From positions 352,001 through 416,000 of the forward strand of contig CBDAON010000004.1 of the NCBI GenBank assembly GCA_965198065.1: a stretch of 64,000 nucleotides of DNA, read 5' to 3'. This document shows positions 61,216-64,000 of this stretch, piece by piece. Made by a program: the position numbers and the translations under genes. Within the stretch, counting starts at the first letter, position 1. Each line of letters opens with the position of its first letter. The notes beneath the pieces were generated by a model, which was given only the letters and a program-made list of their open reading frames with translations, was not told where the DNA came from and did not search any database. This stretch comes from Longimicrobiales bacterium (GTDB taxonomy: Bacteria; Gemmatimonadota; Gemmatimonadetes; Longimicrobiales; Gaopeijiaceae).

Positions 61216-61332
61216 CCCGCCGCTTGACACCGTTTTTCGACAATCTCTACTTTGCGCCCGCTCGCCCTCTGGACCGCGCAGAACGGTCCGACGACTCGCC
61301 ACCGTCCCCCCCATCCCCGACGCGGACTCACC

Positions 61333-62517
61333 ATGCCGAGGCACTCCCCCGGCTGGCACTTCCTCCAGATCCCCGGGCCCACGAACGTTCCGGAGCGGGT
61401 TCGCCTGGCCATCGCCCAGCCGACCACCGACCACCGGGGCCCCGAGTTCGCGGAGCTGACCCGCGAGGTGCTCTCCGGCCTCGGCTGGGTACTCGGGAGC
61501 GAGGGGCCCGTGGTCCTCTACCCGGCGTCGGGCACCGGGGCCTGGGAGGCCGCGCTCGTCAACACGATGAGCCCCGGCGACCGTGTCCTCATGTTCGAGA
61601 CTGGGCATTTTGCGGTAGAGTGGTCCGAGGTGGCGCGTCGCTTCGGTCTCGAGGTGGAGATGGTGCCCGGCGACTGGCGTCGCGGCGCCGACCCGGGCGC
61701 CCTGGAGGAGCGGCTGACCGCAGACCGGGAGCACGCCCTCCGGGCGGTGGCTGTGGTCCATAACGAGACCTCGACAGGGACGCTCAGCCGGATCCCCGAG
61801 ATCCGTCGCGCCATAGACAGGGCGGAGCACCCCGCACTCCTCCTCGTCGACACGATCTCGTCGCTCGGTTCGACCCCCTTCCGGCACGACGAATGGCGCG
61901 TGGACGTGACCGTGGGCGCTTCCCAGAAGGGGATCATGCTTCCGCCGGGGCTCGCCTTCAACGCGGTGAGCCGGCGGGCGATGGAGGCCTCGAGGGAGGC
62001 CGCCCTTCCCCGCTCCTACTGGGGATGGGAGCGCATCGTCGCCCGGAACGAGGAGGGCTACTTTCCGTATACGCCCGCCACGAACCTCCTCTTCGGGCTT
62101 CGCGAGGCCCTGGCCATGCTGAAGGAGGAGGGACTCGAGCGCGTTTTCGAGCGCCACGCTCGTCACGGTGCCGCGACCCGGGAAGCCGTGTCGGCCTGGG
62201 GACTGGAGGTGCAATGCGCGAGCGCCGCGGAGCACAGCCCGGTCCTAACTGGCGTCCGCGTCCCGGATGGCCACGACGCGGACCGGGTCCGGAGGCTTAC
62301 GCTGGACCGCTTCAACCTCTCCCTCGGGTCGGGGCTGGGGAAGGTCAAGGGAAGGGTGTTCCGCATAGGGCATCTCGGGGACTTCAACGATCTGATGCTC
62401 CTCGGAACGCTCGCGGGAGTCGAGAGCGGGCTCGCGCTCTCCGGAATCCCCATTCGCCGGGGTGGCGTGGACGCCGCGATCCGCCGGCTCGAGGTCGAGG
62501 ACGGACCGCCTGCGTAG
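61333..62517 (+). CDS. Class V PLP aminotransferase (serine/alanine-glyoxylate type)
   Basis: LQIPGPTNVP, HNETSTG, VDTISS, SQKG and FRIGHLG motifs. Confidence 0.93.
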   Translation: MPRHSPGWHFLQIPGPTNVPERVRLAIAQPTTDHRGPEFAELTREVLSGLGWVLGSEGPVVLYPASGTGAWEAALVNTMSPGDRVLMFETGHFAVEWSEVARRFGLEVEMVPGDWRRGADPGALEERLTADREHALRAVAVVHNETSTGTLSRIPEIRRAIDRAEHPALLLVDTISSLGSTPFRHDEWRVDVTVGASQKGIMLPPGLAFNAVSRRAMEASREAALPRSYWGWERIVARNEEGYFPYTPATNLLFGLREALAMLKEEGLERVFERHARHGAATREAVSAWGLEVQCASAAEHSPVLTGVRVPDGHDADRVRRLTLDRFNLSLGSGLGKVKGRVFRIGHLGDFNDLMLLGTLAGVESGLALSGIPIRRGGVDAAIRRLEVEDGPPA

Positions 62518-62789
62518 TCGTACTTCGGCGGTGAGCCGGTGTCAACAACGATCCGACGCGTTCCGCAGGCGGCCCCCTCGAGTTCGCTCGCAACCCGGTG
62601 AGGCCGCCGTGGCTCCAGCCCGGTGCCAGTCTCCCCTGGCGTTGGACGACGGAGGCCTCTGGCCCCCGGCCATTGCGGAGATCAACATCAGTCCACAGGC
62701 TGAGACGGGACGGAGCCGCAGGCGATGGGCTGGGGCGGTGAGGGTGCGCTCTGCGATGCTGGAAGGCACATCTGAGGGGGTAATGCTCA

Positions 62790-64000
62790 ATGAAAAAGGA
62801 ATTGGGGTCTCGGATCCAGGATCGGCGTTCGTGCCTCCTGGGCCTCCTCGTAGCGTTGGCCGCCATCGGTCTGGCCCGGACGGTCGACGCCCAGCAGTTC
62901 CCGTTGCCGGAGCCGTTCGCGACGCCCTCCGCTCGCGCCTCCGCGCAGGTGATCGAACGGGCTCCCAGCTCCCAGCTTCAGCTGCCAAGTGGCTTCAGCG
63001 TTGAGGTGTTCGCTGAGAACCTGCCAGGCGTTCGAACCATGCGGCTGGCGCCGAACGGAGACCTCTTCGTGGCCCAGTCACGCGCCGGAACGGTGACGGT
63101 GCTGCGGGATACGAATCGGGACGGTGTGCCCGATACCCGAAGCACCTACATCGACGGTCTCGGCGGCGTTTTCGGAATCGCCTTCCAGCCCGGGTACATC
63201 TATCTCGGAGCACCCGAGCGCGTCGTCCGGGTGCCCTACACGCCGGGCGAGATCGTGGCGCGGGGCGACCCCGAAACGCTCGCCGAGCTGCCGGGTGGGG
63301 GCCACAGTTCACGGAACATCGTCTTCAACCGGGCGGGAACCAAGATGTACGTGGCCGTGGGATCGCGGTCCAACAAGAGCGAGGGAGAGGACCCCGTACG
63401 CGCCGCCATCAACGAGTACAACCCGGACGGTACCGGGCACCGGATCTTCGCGTCCGGCCTTCGGAACCCGGTGGGGCTCACCCTCCAACCCGGCACGGAT
63501 ATCATCTGGACCTCGGTGAACGAGCGCGACACCCTCGGCGACGACCTCGTGCCGGATTACATCACCTCCGTTCAGGACGGGGGTTTCTACGGCTGGCCGT
63601 ACTCGTACCTCGGGAGCAACCCCGATCCCGAGCATGTGGGGAAGCGTCCGGACTTGGTTGGAAGGGCGATCGTGCCCGATGTATGGATTCCCGCTCACGC
63701 CGCGGCGCTGAGCGTGACCTTCTATACGGGCGACCAGTTCCCGGAGCGGTACCGCGGCGGCGCCTTCGTGGGCCTCCATGGGTCCTGGAACCGCTCTATC
63801 CCAAGTGGTTACAGGGTCGGATTCGTTCCGTTCGAGAACGGCCAGCCGGCCGGGCCGATCGAGGACTTTCTCACGGGCTGGCTGTCGAGCGACGGGACCA
63901 CCACATGGGGCCGGCCCGTGGATGGCCTGGTCACCCAGGACGGATCCCTTCTCGTTTCGGACGACGGGGGAGGGAGGATCTGGCGCGTGCGCCACACGGG
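62790..64000 (+). CDS. L-sorbosone dehydrogenase-like PQQ beta-propeller protein, 3'-partial
   Basis: Hand translation gives LPSGFSVEVFA, FASGLRNPVG, NERD.LGDDLVPDY, HGSWNRS and GRP...DGSLLVSDD.G; no stop before the window edge, so it is absent from the ORF track. Confidence 0.88.
   Translation, partial: MKKELGSRIQDRRSCLLGLLVALAAIGLARTVDAQQFPLPEPFATPSARASAQVIERAPSSQLQLPSGFSVEVFAENLPGVRTMRLAPNGDLFVAQSRAGTVTVLRDTNRDGVPDTRSTYIDGLGGVFGIAFQPGYIYLGAPERVVRVPYTPGEIVARGDPETLAELPGGGHSSRNIVFNRAGTKMYVAVGSRSNKSEGEDPVRAAINEYNPDGTGHRIFASGLRNPVGLTLQPGTDIIWTSVNERDTLGDDLVPDYITSVQDGGFYGWPYSYLGSNPDPEHVGKRPDLVGRAIVPDVWIPAHAAALSVTFYTGDQFPERYRGGAFVGLHGSWNRSIPSGYRVGFVPFENGQPAGPIEDFLTGWLSSDGTTTWGRPVDGLVTQDGSLLVSDDGGGRIWRVRHT

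Noticed and set aside
61333..62517. EgtE C-S lyase for the nearby egtBD
   Set aside because: Motifs match serine/alanine-glyoxylate aminotransferases, and the gene is in a separate divergent unit.
62600..62720. Possible gene remnant (LDDGGLWPPAIAEI)
   Set aside because: The resemblance to a known protein tail is too short and weak to call.

Overview
GC-rich bacterial chromosome segment; the gene repertoire is reminiscent of Gemmatimonadota, but this cannot be proven from the sequence. About 1-26.4 kb and 44.8-64 kb hold mostly housekeeping and metabolic genes. These include gltA, an EF-G paralogue, SahR-ahcY, PQQ dehydrogenases, DAHP synthase, M23/M1/M16 peptidases, a DtxR-multicopper oxidase-ZIP operon, 2-oxoacid:ferredoxin oxidoreductase with ferredoxin and FNR, egtB-egtD and a GntP permease. 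Between them (about 26.5-43.8 kb) lies a mosaic island next to the 3' end of tRNA-Leu(TAA). It carries three P4-type tyrosine integrase genes, two of which sit in 1469-bp inverted copies bracketing about 11 kb of cargo. The cargo includes a four-gene PRTase / RHH-DprA / HAD / Cys-rich operon resembling a rearranged ShosTA anti-phage system (best candidate for a new system). It also includes a PD-(D/E)XK-like nuclease, a DUF1828-like gene pair, an alkaline phosphatase and a Sel1-repeat protein. Both integrase types share a spacing-conserved leaderless promoter/operator module. Frameshifts and orphan gene fragments are scattered across the whole window. All calls come from motif recognition by eye; no searches were run.
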